A stretch of DNA of 64,000 nucleotides, from assembly GCA_964016885.1 (NCBI GenBank), contig OZ024743.1:27218001-27282000 (forward strand). The letters are read 5' to 3'. This document shows positions 38,178 to 53,612 of the stretch, one piece after another. The translations under genes and the position numbers were made by a program. Numbering within the stretch: position 1 is the stretch's first letter; each line of letters opens with the position of its first letter. The notes under the pieces were generated by a model, which ran no database searches, was not told the DNA's origin, and was given only the letters and a program-made list of their open reading frames with translations. The DNA comes from Eledone cirrhosa. Taxonomy: Eukaryota.

Positions 38178-38723
38178 AATGTGCAATAAGAGCAAAATAT
38201 AACGACATTGCTCAATTATTTTATCTAATGTTGTAATAACACAAGGAAATGTTGTTTGTGTATTTTTTTTTATATTTGCTCATAGGCTTTTACAATTTCG
38301 CTCAGCCAACAACTATTAAAAAGTGAGTTGCTTAAGATAACAATTTAATCACAAATTGTTGCTATCTTTTAATACACTCCAACAAGTCATCAAATTATGT
38401 ACAATAAAAACAAATCTTATTAATTTGCTCAGGGAATATAAAGAAAATGTATATACACTGATAATTGCAATTGTATGTAAATATTTTGTTTTTGTATTGT
38501 TTATTTTATGTTTTCTATTATGTATATTGATTTAATATTGATTGTTTTTTGTAGTTGTTTATATTAAAAGTCTGAAAATATTTTTATACATCTTACACTA
38601 ATATTTATAAGATAATTTATAATAACAATTACATAATCTAATTACATTACAACGATAATTTATTATTAATATATATCCTGTTTAACTAGAGTTATTACAA
38701 GCGTTGCCTTAAAAAAATATTAA

Positions 38724-39680
38724 ACTAGACATGAAAAATGCGCAAGCTCAAAAGTGCCACAGAATGTTATAATAAACCTTCAAAAGTGTGGGACTAGAGT
38801 TGTTGCTAAAAAATATTGTAATCATTATATATCGTACATTCTGTGGCATCCTTTATAAAAATAGCTTAAACCAACGAAGCCTTTATTTTTACGCTATTTC
38901 ACTTAGTTAATTCTTAGAGTGTAACATATAAAAATAAATACATCTATGTTTAATGTAATAACAGCTATAAATAATTACGTAATATTATTATCATATACTC
39001 ATAGTAACAAAATAATTGTGTTGAAAATTAATATGATGCTTATATGAACGATCAAATCTATAATGATAATTTCTTAAATATACTAATAGTAAAATAATTT
39101 AGTTATCTATTGTTACATTTTCATAGAACTATAATATTAACAATCGTATTGCATTATCAAACTTTTATCACTACAAACTTTCATATTGGAATTACCTTAT
39201 GCCACTTATTATTACTTCGCTTTCGTACTTTTACAGCTGTAGATATTGCGCTGTATCTTATATCTAATATCAATATCTCATGGTAATTTGCATGCAGTGT
39301 AAAATAGGTTTATTAATAACTTTAATATGAAATGTATTATACAGGGCTGCGGAGTCGGCCAACAATTGACTGGCTCCAACTCAGGATCCGATACTCCATT
39401 ATTTCCTAAATTTCAGCTCCGCAGCTCTGTTATTATATTAATTAATTTATTTTATAGTTGTAAATCATATTTTTATATGTTACACTCTAAGAATTAACTA
39501 AGTGAAATAGCGTAAAAATAAAGGCTTCGTTGGTTTAAGCTATTTTTATAAAGGATGCCACAGAATGTACGATATATAATGATTACAATATTTTTTAGCA
39601 ACAACTCTAGTCCCACACTTTTGAAGGTTTATTATAACATTCTGTGGCACTTTTGAGCTTGCGCATGTTTCATGTCTAGT
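38724..39680. repeat. Near-perfect 213-bp inverted repeat, arms 38724-38936 and 39468-39680
   Basis: Arms are reverse complements with about one mismatch by eye; right arm abuts (TA)n. Confidence 0.95.
39342..39429. mobile_element. Very small (88 bp) hAT MITE
   Basis: TIRs CAGGGCTGCGGAG and CTCCGCAGCTCTG; 8-bp TSD gtattata/ttattata. Confidence 0.75.
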
Positions 39681-39686
39681 ATATAT

Positions 39687-40332
39687 ATATATAATAAAAT
39701 GAAGAATTAGAAATAGAAGCCAGGACTATCAATCATCAGTGGTCTACTAGCCATCATAGGTATTTCTTCGCATTACAGACCATATACCTCCGGCTAGGGG
39801 AATAAAATAACTAAATTAAGTTATTGGGATAAAAAGAATTAGGTGGAGAAAGAGAGACAGGTAAACAAACACGAATGGTGAGGCAACGTAAAGAGAGAAA
39901 AAAATGAGAAAATCAATTCAATGATTCATTTTGAACATAAGAACTTGCGAATATTGACGAGAAGGCAAAGACACATCTTGGCCGTGAGGATGTGAGCGAG
40001 GAAAGAATTTCGTACTGTGTGGGACAATGGAGGAAGTGAGAGAGAGGGTGAGTAGCAGAGGGGGGTGGGGGTGAAAGTAAGAGGGAAAAGGAGAGAGAAG
40101 GGGGAGAGAGAAAGAGGATAGCAGTATGGGAAGAGAAAAAGACAGGTCACTGCGAAGGGGAAATCATATATGAATAAAAAATGGCGAGCTGTGTTTTTGC
40201 AAATATGCTATATATAATAAATTGAAGAGTTAGAAATAGAAGCCAGGACTATCCATCATCAGTGGTCTACTAGCCATCATACTAAACTAAGTTATTGGGA
40301 TAAAAAGAATTGGATGGAGAAAGAGAGACAGG
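39687..40332. repeat. Direct repeat pair 39687-39861 and 40209-40332 (pseudo-LTR-like)
   Basis: Shared ttagaaatagaagccaggactatc.atcatcagtggtctactagccatcata and taagttattgggataaaaagaatt; second copy lacks about 50 bp. Confidence 0.85.
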
Positions 40333-40475
40333 ATAGACATATATTTATGCATATATATATATATAACTTTGATAACTTTGATAGGTTTCGGCCAGTATTG
40401 ACCCAGGCTATGTCTAACTTAATAGCACCACCTGGCGAAGTCTTAGAAATAAGTGTTTGGGCACCATGGCCCACT

Positions 40476-40523
<48 letters not shown>

Positions 40524-40561
40524 TAGATATACATACATATATATATATAAATACATACATA

Positions 40562-40611
<50 letters not shown>

Positions 40612-41017
40612 CAATATATAGAGAAACACAGAGATACATGTGGACACACACATATACATGAATATATCCACATCCACCTCTTCTACGGTCTCGATATAAA
40701 TACCCCCCTCCGCCTCCGTGGTATTTTTTTCAGGGTTATAAGAGGCTTAGCTCTGTTTCTTGACCGCTGTATCACGTGATTGACTCCCCCACCGCCTTTT
40801 CGGATTCTATCTCGCATCTTACAGACGTGTTTTTGAAATCCTTAATGAGGTATCCTCTTGATAAGTCGGCAGACCTCACAAAAATTGTATATCTCTGTGA
40901 TGTATTGTTTTTTATTATGCCACGAAACTACGTAGTCGAGGAATTTAGAAGCAGTTTAGGTATGATACATCTTATTACTAATTATATCTAATGTTTCTTC
41001 TCTCTTCATAATGTACT

Positions 41018-41062
<45 letters not shown>

Positions 41063-41245
41063 CACACCAAGAGAGAAATAATAAATAGGAACTAAAGCTG
41101 TTATGGCTTTAGTTTCAAAATACGGTTTCAGTTCATATGATTTGCCAAACAAGTGCAACTCTGAAATTTGGTAAACTTGAACCGGGCTGCCAAATCTCTG
41201 AGCGCTACTTTGACACACACACACACATATATATATATATATGCT

Positions 41246-41319
<74 letters not shown>

Positions 41320-42359
41320 AAACCTCTTAGTTGTTCACATTTGTATATATCCATAGAGGAATGCTGCTACTATGAATGAGTTTATTGTTCGGTCTTATTT
41401 CATTGGTTATACCTCGTCAGAAATATTATTTTAAGCAACTTGTACGTTTAAATTACTTTATAAAAAAACAGAGGAGAAAATATTGTATGTATTTTATTAT
41501 GAACACATATATCAAATGTTTATGTATTATATACATATATTCTTCTCCCGAGTCTTTTAAGCTGAGATCATATCACAGTTGCCTTAGTACTGGTATAAGT
41601 TCTTAGTTATGTGTCTCTATGCTTGAAATTCAATTATTACTAGACTTATGCTACGATGATAAATATAATAAAAGTATTAGTTATGGACAAAATTCAGTTT
41701 AACTGTGTTTCACTTCCTCTCTAAACTTAATTAATGGCAGTTCAAATGTCCATTTTTACGGCCTCCGACCCCTTATCATAAACTCAATGACATATTATTT
41801 CATCTTAATAAGAGTTTTAACTATCGATTTAACATTTAGAATATCAACAGACGTATATCATATGACTTTTCTCACGAGCTGATATCCAAGATTTTCCAGT
41901 TGATAATGTAACTATTTCTTTCAGAGTTTTCTGGCAACGAAAGGAATTGATTTCATCACACATGGTATTGGTGACGAAGAGTCAAAATATTTCTAATGAA
42001 TTTTAAATTTCATGGAAATGCATTCAATGTTTTGATTAGACTCATTCCAGTTCTGACCATCGCCTCTTGGATTAAATTAATCAGTTTCTCTTTAATAGGT
42101 CCTAACTGATTCAGCGAGCATATGGGGGGGGGGGGGAGTCCAGCTTCGTATGTATATATGAGTATATATGCATGTGGTATGTGTATGAAGGTTTGCTTGT
42201 TATCCCCATCATTTATAATATAATGACTGTAAGAAATTGATACTGAAATAATGAAATCGATAGATAAAGAGAGATAGACAGACAGAAGGTTACAAAAAGA
42301 TAGGTAGATAAATAGACATAATGTTATATAAAGCCGCCTAAAATCCAGAAAATGTTTCC

Positions 42360-42760
42360 TAAAGAGCGTCACACCCCTTGGTACATCAAGCATGAGTAGT
42401 AAAAGAGTCGTTGGGAAGAAACACTTAACAATCTAAAGGCGAGCGAGGCACTGTCCTCTGGAACAGATACAAACTACGCAGAGTGGAAATGCCTCAACAG
42501 ACTAAGATCTGGTGTTGGAGTTGCAAAAGTCAATCTGGCAAATGGTGATATTTAAAGGATTGGGACGTTGTGTGTGACTGCGGTATCGAACCACAGACTA
42601 CACAGCACCTCCTGATACGCCCCCTGCTGGAAAACCCCTGCACAGCATTGGACTTGGCAGAGTTTAATGAGAAAGGGCAGCAATGTGTTCAGCTGTGGCG
42701 GAACCACCTCTAGCCAAGATTTGTAGCTGAGACTCTTGTGGACACTATAAGAAGACATAA
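42360..42760 (+). mobile_element. Vingi/Ingi-like LINE 3' fragment
   Basis: EWKCLNRLRSGVG..VNLA; CDCGIEPQTTQHLL.. zinc-knuckle end. Confidence 0.7.
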
Positions 42761-44529
42761 AGATTAATAGACACACTTCTCCAAGTAACCAAAGATTATT
42801 TACAAGGGGAAAGCGGTAAGTGTGCATAAGCTGTCATCTGAATTTGCACCCAGTTTAAGCTGTTTTCTATTTTCCTATATCATTGTTCTTGCATATGGGA
42901 AGTTAAAATAGATTTACATTCCTATAAATATATTTATATATCGTAATATTCATATATGTATACCATAATACGTACATCACTCAATTGTTTCTCTCAAACA
43001 ATATAGTACTAGCCAACATTAAGAATATGTTGGATCTCCGCATCACCCTGTATCTTTAAACAATCTTTGAAATAAAATATTCACAGTATGTCCCTTGACA
43101 AAAGCAGCTGATAGTCAAACTATTGTATTCAATTATTGAAGATTTGTAACATTTCTCCTAATATATTTAATAACACTTTTGCAGTAGTTCAAAAGACAAA
43201 TATATTGTTATCTTTTCGTTTGATTATAAAAATTACAAGCGATGTCTATATATTTTTATTGTCTGACTAACGCTTTCAATGAAGGTGAGAATTTGAAAAC
43301 AATAACATTTCCCTGCAAATAAAATTCCACACGCTTTGAGACAAGTCAAAACGAAATAATGTGTGTTTTCCCTTTATTTTCGGCTGTTACAAATGAATCG
43401 TATAAAAGACGATTGTTATTACAAAGTCGTCAGATGGAGTACAATATTTTTGAATGCTATAAAGTGCTGTAAATTATTAAATATTGCGTTACTTCTTTCA
43501 GTGAGGTTATCATGTATATGGTGTCCAGTGAGATTGTTATGGACAGTATATGCTGGTAAATTCTATGTCTGTCTAGGTCATTAACAGACATTAGAAATCT
43601 ATTCACACTCAGATAAATATACACACACATATACAACCACACACTCGGATTATTGATTTTTTTTGTTATAAACTCTGAAGATCAAATGGTGTCAGAAAAG
43701 CAGACGAGGTGAGACCTCAATCAAGTTTTCATTGCTGTTGGCAGCTATTTGCTTTCTATAACAGTGATAATATTTTTGGAAATGACTGAATGCCGTAGTT
43801 TCCTGTTCCCTCCTAATATGTAGGTCGTTTGCGTTTAGTCATAAACAAAGTGACATGATTGATAATGAAATATTATTGAGATTTCATAGACTCCCGGCCA
43901 CATATTTGTTGAAAAGGTGTCTAGTCGAATGTATCAAATCCCAGTACTTCTCTGCTACTTATTTTATAGAATGATTTATTATTAAACCCATTTGTGAATC
44001 AAATAATATAATTGAGTGAAACATTGTCAATGTATTATTAGTATATATTTTGTCGACACCTTAGTGAGTAAAAGGAAAAATCGATTTCAATGAGGTTATG
44101 ACTCACAATGTGTAAAGGAATGTCCTAAACAAATGTTAATTATTATTGATTAAGTACAAAGCTACATTCTGGTATTGTCAATTATATCGATCTTTAGTAT
44201 CATCTTGAAATAGCAGACAAATCGCCTCCAAATCACACCCTAACTCATAAACATAATCATGCATAATATAATAAAGTCATTCAAGCTAAGACGATATGAG
44301 GACGATGGAATGCATAGGTCCACTCTAACGCGCTTCACTTACCACTCCTCACCTTGTAGCTACTACGACCACTTGGTTGAGGTCAATGAGAGAACCTCTA
44401 TGTGGCTGCACAACCTACTAGAAATAGCAAGTAAATCAACATAAAATATTTGCCATAGCTTCCCGTCACCTCCACACAGACACACACACACACATACACG
44501 CACACGCACACACACACACACACACACAT

Positions 44530-44679
<150 letters not shown>

Positions 44680-45419
44680 CGTTTGTGTTAAGTTAAAGAA
44701 GGAAAGGATATATATTTTATATTTTCTGTATCTTAGGTGCTGAGAGCCAACACTAACACTAATCACTTGACCACGATAACAGCATATACCTGGTCGGCGC
44801 AGACAAGTAGGCATAAAAAACAGCAGAGTTACTGACACTTCATCGACTGGGCGAGGAGTAGTGGATATTTGATTATGTACAATTATATATCCAATAAAAA
44901 GACGCTATGATCACGACTGGAATATTTTTATCATTGAACTCCCCTATCATGGTTGACCTCGGCCTAAATAACAACACTGTCAACAACAACAACAACAACA
45001 ACACCGGCACCAATAATTGTGCAAACAATCCCTTACTTCTAACAACTGCCACTAATTATGAAAACAAATCAGACATGCCAAGTAACAAAGCAAAACCTCT
45101 TTCATAAGAATTATAAATAATCCAAAGAAACAAATTCCAAAAGGAAAGAGAACTAAGGTTTTCAGAATTCAACGTATAGAAATATAAACAGAGAAATACA
45201 ATACATTCAACAAAGGAATGATATCTCACAAGGCAATATGAAAATTACTACCCAAATGCATTATTGTCCTAATCACCATCATAATCACCATCATGATCAC
45301 CATCATGATCATCATGATCATCATCAGGTATCGTCTAATTTTAGTAGGTTGAGTACCATCGATCAGTATTACTTGTGCTGTTCTTATAATCTGTATTTTA
45401 AGCTTGTACAATTTTTTTA

Positions 45420-46110
45420 CATAATCCGTCTATGTATTTCTTGGTTTTCCTCTTCTTCATATTAATTTTGTTTCTATTAATAGTCTCTGCAAACCATTAT
45501 TCTTAATTGAATGTCTAAAATGTTTTAGTTCTCTCTCTTTGATTGCTGTCAGGTAATGTTTTTAGTTAGTTTTTACCATTTTTAGTACTTTACTTTTGCT
45601 TTTGTATTCTGCCCATGTTATTCAAAAAAGTCTTCTATATGTCCATATCATCTCAAAGGCTTCTAATCTATTTGATAATTATTTCTGTTAATGGCCACGT
45701 TTCAGCTCCATATAGTAGAGTGCATCATACATAACATGTTAATATCTTTTTGGATCGGATGTTAATATTTATTGATGTTAGTATGCTATGACATCTTTTC
45801 AAATAATATTCTCCCTATCCCAATCCTTTTGATGTCTGCTTCAAATTTTTCCTTCTCTGATTGCCTATAACCCAGGTATATTATCTTTACTATCTCTTAT
45901 ATTAAATTTCCCTCAAATGGTATATCTATTTTGGATGATTTGTGTTTCATGCTAATTACCATTGATTTTGTTTTCGTTATAACCATTTCTATTGCAAATG
46001 ACATTCCTTTGGCATTTATTGTAGTAAAAAGGTTCGGCAAGTCATCTCTCTGTTGACGGCTAATTTCAGACATTATTTGAAGTTGTTCTTTGCTATCATC
46101 AACCTGTCTC
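45420..46110 (-). mobile_element. Degenerate RTE-clade LINE fragment
   Basis: KTKSMVIS, YLG, LLYGAETW, RLEAFEM motifs in broken frames. Confidence 0.7.
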
Positions 46111-46727
46111 TTTACGATGTGCAAACCTAATTATACATTGGAAAAAGCCATCATGATGAAAGCCAGGGATAACCTGAAATAAATTGCACCAATACAACCC
46201 ACAACAGAAATAAAACATAAAATAGATACAAGGAAACAGAAAAGAAAAACCTCCGCTAAACCTGAAACAATGGAAAGTAGTAAATTGCCAATCATTGTAT
46301 CCAACAAAAATCACAAAAAACAAACAAAAAACACGTGTTTGATAAGACCGAAACATGCTCGGCGGTTTTACTGAGCAGCTAGATAAAGGTCGGACAAATT
46401 TCTAACAGCATTCGATATTTAATTGAGTTTAATTAATTCAAATCGCTGAGTTGCCTAACCTTCCTTTTTGTTCTCATCATTATGAGTGTGATTTTAATTA
46501 ATTAATATTTTACTACATCAGGCACTCACCTTACAATCACGTTTACATGTAAAAGTCATTCTTGTGTAAATTTTCTTAGCCATAATTCTAAGTTATTACG
46601 TCGTTATGAGTTCATTCACGAAAAACCTATATATCTTCTATTCATTCAAACTTTTACTGTCAGGGTTAGAATATTGTCTATGGATAAATTCTAATAAAAC
46701 TGAAATATGCCATTATACTACTGTAAA

Positions 46728-46965
46728 ATGCATGGCTTAGTGATTATGATGTTTGGCTCGCTATCACCAGGCCGTGAGTTTAATTCGTGGCGAAACGTGG
46801 TGTCCTTGAACAAGACACTTCCTTCATTACATTCAGTTGTCAAAACTGAGTTGTTCATGTGATTCAAATGTCCAGCTGACTTTGAGAATTAGGTTTAGCT
46901 CATGCATTACACGCTAATTTAACGCTGACCTCATTGCTTAAACAACTGGAACACAAGTCGTTGGA
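46728..46965 (+). mobile_element. SINE family B, degenerate
   Basis: gcatggcttagtg head; tgtccttgaacaagacact CORE-like segment. Confidence 0.6.
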
Positions 46966-47875
46966 ACACTTTCTTATATTCTATATTTAATTAAAATTTC
47001 ATCTTGTTTTCTTCTCAGACAAAAATCCTCGTCCAAACATATCTCCTTACCAAAAATTCCTTTTAGAGGGTAACTTTAGTTTATGGTGATATCTTTATTT
47101 AAAATTTATATAACAAAACTCTGCCGAAGTTATTGATAATTCTGAGAACAAAATTTCATCAAATTACAGAACATATTTGCCTTAATAAATTCACAACAAC
47201 ATAAGGAAAAAGGTTTTCTAAAGAACGTTACAAAAAAGACGTGAATATATTCTCATAGCTGCAAACTGATTTTGATAAATGTTCTGGACGGCATCTGTAT
47301 TAAAACCTTGCCATGTAAATTAAATGAAGATGATATTCCTAAACCGAATTGCCTTAGAATAATGCAGATTAATTAAACGCCAGCCTTCAGTAAAAGATTA
47401 ATAAAATAAAATATATTCCTTCATCTACATTTTTCGTTTATTGCCTGAATTGATTTTATAAAATACATACACCTATAATAACACCCCCCCCCCACCCCAC
47501 TAAAAAAAATAAGAAAAAACCATGAAGATGCAAAATGTTCAGGAATGTAATGACCAGAATTTCTGAATTTCTGATTATATTATGAAATTTCGAGTTAGAT
47601 CCCCCTCACATAACACAAGAAAAAAGAAAGAATAAATGACTAGTTCACCATTTTAATTATGAACGTATTGATGAGAAATTTTGAAAAGTCGTTACTACTT
47701 TTGATGTAGCTCTGTCCATGTCATTGAGATGTTCCTATTGCATCGACTCAGTTATGGATTAGAATCAACTGACTTGTAACTTTGACATGTTTTTATTTTT
47801 ATCTCATAGAGTCAGGTATATCATTGTAGGGTGAGTGAAATTTGAAAGGATAAAACAGTACAGAAACCCTACGTA

Positions 47876-47949
<74 letters not shown>

Positions 47950-49901
47950 GTGTGTGTGTGTGATGGTAGCTAAAATGCTTCCATAGGCGGTATGCCGGTT
48001 GAGCACTCTATGCTCTTACAGAGCAGAGTATGATAGAATAGAAAACGAAAAATCAGTGATGCATCTGAACTCAATTTATTGTGTGTTATAATTGTTTCCC
48101 CGGCAGACAGCTCGAGACGTCATCATTGTGTGGATCTCCCTCTCATTCTGGACAAGCAGGTTCGACGGACACGTCTAATGATTTCGGAGCATATTCTCTC
48201 TTATATATATATATATATATATGGTTATATTTCGGAGGGTTATGTTATATCAATCAAAAACCTTGCAAAACAATTTCATCGCTGTATATATATATGTATA
48301 TATAAAGCTTTTTCCCCACTTGGGTTGAACTATAAATCAAGAATTTGAAAGGTCGAGGGAGAGACATAGAGCTATGCCATCACGACATTTAAGATATAGT
48401 ACCACTTATCTTCATCTCACACTATGTTTGAAAATCATGAAATTATGTAACCGGTCCGGTTAAATTAACTTGAATATGTCGTCTTCAAAAAACGCACCCT
48501 TCCTCGCCTTATATATGTATTAAGGGGTAATAGTTTACTTGAAGCATTCCTGGCCGATATGCAAAAAAACAACAAAATAACCACCTGGAAGGAAATCTCG
48601 GTTTTCTCCGCACACCCCTCCCTACGGATACCCCTTTGATAATGAATAGATAATCAGAAAAAAATCAGGGCTATTAAATTGCTATGGTAACTCTTAGTCA
48701 TTCTTCCTTTTCTTTTGTTTACCTTCTCCCACTTTCTCAATTCCCTTCTGGGTTGTTACCATGGCAAACTAACCCACTTGCACACGCATACCCACTTTTC
48801 AGATTCCTATATATATATATATATGAAAATAAAGAAGTAATAAGCACCACCCGTGGCCCAACTGTCCAATTTTTACCGTCTCTGGGGTCTTATTTTCAAA
48901 GTCAGAAAAAGGTGAGTTGTAACCATAACTCTATTGTAAAGTTGTAATTTTCGAAGATTACTGACTCACTCAATATTTGGATTATATATATATATATACA
49001 CGCACACACATTCACACACGCTTATATATATACGTATAATATATATATTTATATACATATATATATATATATATATACATAAATACACAAATACACAGAC
49101 ACACGCACACACACACACATATGTTATATTATATTATATATACATTATATATATATATATATATATAAAAATTTACCAAACAAAGAAATAAAGAAACGTT
49201 AACTAAAAACCAATTATCTTTACAAGAATATAATAATACAACAATACGAAAATACTTGTTATCTATAAATATCGTTGAATAGTATGAAGTAATATCTAAA
49301 AGAATGATAGAGAAATGTCGCTCAAACAATTCTTCATAGAGATTAAGATATGAAGCGGAATGAGCGAGCTAAAAATATATTCTCTATTGTTGAACTTGTA
49401 AATCATTGAAAATTCAAGGAGTCTGAGAAGTCGATAGGAAGACATAATAAGTATATGTTTTTGCAAAACTTTACGGCAGCTGGCATTGTTAAGCTAATGG
49501 CGTGAGAATATTTTAATAGGTTTCAAGAAAGTTGCATAAAATGGCTCTTGATATTGAAATTCTGTCGAAGATCACCAGGAAATCATTCGCATTTAAATAA
49601 AATATATTTTTGAACACATACATACATATTGGTATAGATATGATGAATAGCTGATGTGGAAGAATTGAAAGTCTAATATTTTCTTCACCATCTTATATAT
49701 AGACACTTATATATATACACACAAGCAATCACAGATTAAAAAATATACATATTTTAAAAACCACAGCTCATCACACACATTAACTCACGCATAAGTATAT
49801 GCACCCTTGCAACCATACCTGAATATTTACACATACCTATACTCACATACATACTCACAAACACACACGCACACACGTATACAGACATACAAAGACGCAT
49901 A

Positions 49902-49939
<38 letters not shown>

Positions 49940-50070
49940 AGCGTGTGTGTGTGTCTGTCTGTGTGTGTGTTTGTGTATACAAGCATAAAAAGACACATAC
50001 GCACATATATATATATGTATATATGTGTGTGTGTGCGTGTGTGTGTCTGTGTGTGTGTTTGTGTGTGTGC

Positions 50071-50105
<35 letters not shown>

Positions 50106-50186
50106 AGTGTGTGTGCAAATCCATAAGTGTAAATTAGGGGAAGGAAAGAGTGTACTCAAAACCTAATCGCCAGCAATCATTATATT

Positions 50187-50362
50187 ATCGGTAGAGGGTC
50201 GGACGCCATGCTTTGACGCATAGAGTTACGGCCCTTGCTATTCTGAGTTCAAATCCCGCTGAGGTTAACTTTGCCTTTCATCCTTACGGGGTCGATAAAA
50301 TAAAGTACCAGTAATACACTGGGTAATTGCTGGCCTTGTGCCAAAAGTAGAAACAATTATAT
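50187..50362 (+). mobile_element. SINE family A
   Basis: Near-identical to 9183-9343. Confidence 0.9.
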
Positions 50363-51044
50363 TATACAATATAATAATACACCAAGAATTAAATTATACG
50401 ATATAATGGGTAATAAATATATATATATACATATATATATATATAAATGTCTATATGAAAAATATATTTATTCATGCAAACATCATAAAAATCACAATTT
50501 CGAATGTGTATAAATCTTAGAGGACAAAGGAAATACCTTGAGAAATATCACTGTCTTTAAAACAACAAAACAAGATCCATATATTTCCAATATTTCAGAA
50601 AATTCAGCCATGTAGATTATATATCGGTGTTATAGTTATCTATCTCAAGGTATGTAATTTGAGGTGACCAAATATATCTGATGTTTTGTATATTTCATTA
50701 TAGTCTAAAAATACATGGATCTCCTCTTCATTTTGCACTCACCATTCGTGAGTGATTTCATGGCCAATTTGTAGCACATTGGTCGTGACGTCGAGGTCCC
50801 CATGAATGACCAGCAAGAAACCCCGACCTAAAAGCATGCGGTTTTCTTTCCTGAGGGGGTAGGCAAATGAATACGTCTATAGCTCAAAACCCAAACTTTG
50901 ATTGGAGGAACACATTCGTCATGTACTGACCAACATTATACCTGAGTTCCCCATGAAGTCAGTGGAGGATGTACCAATACGATTACAAACACTGGTGGAC
51001 AACGCTGGTGCCTATGCAGAATTTTAACAATGTACTTCTACCAT

Positions 51045-51298
51045 ACCGGTCGCTCTCCGACAGGTTTGCGGTCGTACCCTTGGCAGTGGAGACTTCTTGT
51101 GTCCTCCGCCCTAGGGCTACCTCCCTACTCACCACCGTAGGAGCTGAGCTGGCCAGCCACAGGTATGAGTCTCGCGAGTTGGAATGGCTCTTCCAGCGCA
51201 TCTCTCTTGCCGTCCTCCGGGGAAACGCCTTCTCCATTCTGTCCGCCGGGGCTGTGGGGAGGCCATCAATATGATTGACTGACTTGTCATTTTATCAT
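51045..51298 (+). mobile_element. CRE-clade 3' fragment (family A)
   Basis: YRSLSDRFAVVPLAVETS..WLFQRISLAVLRGNAFSI plus shared 3' UTR. Confidence 0.85.
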
Positions 51299-51917
51299 GT
51301 ACATTGGGGATTGGCTATACTATGTGACCAACATTCAGGAGGGAACCATGACAGTTTAAATCTATATAGAGATTGTTCAGTGTCTAGGTCACAAGGTATC
51401 ATCAACCACTATACTGTTCAAAATATAGATAAAGTTATTAATAATTATAAATAAGCGGTTTCTTTCCACCTGTGCTGTATATTTGATTTCAATGCGACGG
51501 ATCCTCATAACAATATTGAGAAACACCAATGTACGTGTACTTAGTTCAAAATAATGAGGATATATATAAGTACTAAGGATTAAATGTACTAGAATGGTGA
51601 AAGAATGGTGAAATATTTAAGTAATATAAACTTTATTTAGGATTTCTGTAAGGGGAAAATTGACTGATAGGTGCAGCACTGCTAACACAAAGCAATTCTA
51701 AATTAAGTAAATGACTTTCTTGAAAAGCAATATTTCCAAGCTATTATGAAAACCTGTAGATATATAGTGTAGTGCACCTATAAAAATGGGACTAACTGAA
51801 AACCTATAGATAGGATATAAGTACTATAAGTTCCACATGTTAATAAAATCCTTATAAATGATAAAGAAGAAAAAATCAAACTTTCCAGTTGTTGTCTTCC
51901 TGTTTCTTCTACAACAA

Positions 51918-52553
51918 CTACAACTGTACGCTATGGGGCCCACCCACAGCCCCGGCGGACAGAATGGAGAAGGCGTTTCCTCGGAGGACGGCAAGGGAGA
52001 CGCGCTGGAAAAGCCACTCCAACTCGCGGGGCTCACACCTGCGGCTGGCCAGCTCAGCGCATATGATGGTGAGTAAGGAGGTAGCCCTGGGGCCGAGGAC
52101 ACCAGAAGTCTTGACTGCCAGAGGTACGACCGCAAACCTGTAGGAGAGCGACCGGTATTTGAGGATTTTGGCTCCCTCATCCCGACGTGCAGCAGAATCT
52201 GGGTCAACCGCAGACTGCACTAGGTTGCGGCTGCAGAAAGTGTCGGTGCAAGTGGAATCCCAGACGAGGCGTTTGCCACCGCGGAACGGAAAGATGGTCA
52301 TGCCATCTGGCCTTTTGCCGTCCCCTCGATCCAGCCCCACCGGCTCGAGCTGGGAAGGGAAGCCTGCAGCAACCAAGCCGTGCTTAATGACCACGTTGCG
52401 GGCAGCATGTCGAGGAATGCGGCCGGCACTGTGGCGACAGGAAAGGGGGTGGAGGCCGAAAGAATCCACGGTGGAACCGCAGCGACATTGGTGTGGGTAG
52501 CAGATCCGGAGGCCGAGCCTCAGGGAAACGCCGATGCGCAAAATGACTATCAT
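51918..52553 (-). mobile_element. CRE-clade C-terminal zinc knuckle plus restriction-like endonuclease (family A)
   Basis: RLGL..C.CG...HPLSC..RH..EP...RPDG...VWD..K..KY..PLAV.T.G..G..QRVSLAVLRGN, open for 211 aa. Confidence 0.9.
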
Positions 52554-53612
52554 CCAGTGCTTTTCACCAGATGCCAGCCTCTTAATAAACTTCCAAAGAA
52601 CATTTCACTTCGGACAACAGCACTTGTTTTCTATAGCTACTATACATTTTGCTGTTTAGTCAGTTAAGTAAGGAAAATGCCCACAACACTTCCTAGGAAA
52701 CTATTCTCAAACTAGAGACTTGGATCGACTGCTTGTGATAGAGTGGCTTCCGCTAAAGACTCCCATAGGGTAAGTGGTGGTGTTAAACTGATAGTCAGAT
52801 TACATCTACTACCCAATTAAACCAGAGGGGATACAAATGCAAAATGTTTTATGCGGTAAAAGTGTAAATAATTTTTTTTTTGTTTGGCTTTTGTTTTTAC
52901 CACTTTATTTCCATTATTTCCGATATATTTTGTAGTGAGTTTATAAACACTTCACCTATATGCTAGTGACAACAGTCTATCATAATATACCGTTGTTGTA
53001 GCGAATAGTATTTTCTCTATAGTGATTATTTGCTTGGTAATAGAGAAAATCTCGAAATGGTTGGGAAAAATTTATATCTATATGATTGGGATTTATATCC
53101 TCTATTGAGCAAAACATGATGAAAATCTATAATGAAAAACCTTCGACAGTGGCTATCCATCCATTTGTATAGCAGGGTCTGCCTTCTTTACTGTATTGAG
53201 TTTTGACTGATATTTCAAGTAAGTCGATCTACCGCAAGAGGCTCCTTGATACACATCGACAAAACACACACACAAATACACACATACACACATACACAAA
53301 CACACGAACACACACACATATCTGGAAGAGAGCGCATTCACAGTGTTTGCGCCTGTGTTCTTCATCTTTATTAAATATATAAATATTGAGATTGAAATTA
53401 ATAGAGTATGAAAGGTACAATAGATAACGTCCCGAGATTCTACAAATTCAATTATGACACATAAATGAAATATGTATGAAAACTATAACATAGGACCTTA
53501 GGTTTAAAGAAAAGTAATATATATGTATATATTATATATAGAGAGAGAGAGTGGGAGAGAGAGAGAGAGAGAAAAACATGAAGTTTACAGTTAAATTACG
53601 TAAAATGTAATC

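Noticed and set aside
39715-39800. Possible type II hammerhead on the minus strand (GAAA...CUGAUGA)
   Set aside because: Cleavage triplet would be AUG and stem II does not pair
44907-45330. Asn-rich and His-rich short ORFs
   Set aside because: Derived from (AAC)n and (ATC)n simple repeats
46335-46365. UUGAUAA-GACC-GAAAC hammerhead-like motif
   Set aside because: No stem II and a poor stem III; not distinguishable from chance
50775-50870. GC-richer structured stretch upstream of a CRE fragment
   Set aside because: Several short helices possible but no recognisable ribozyme or ncRNA consensus
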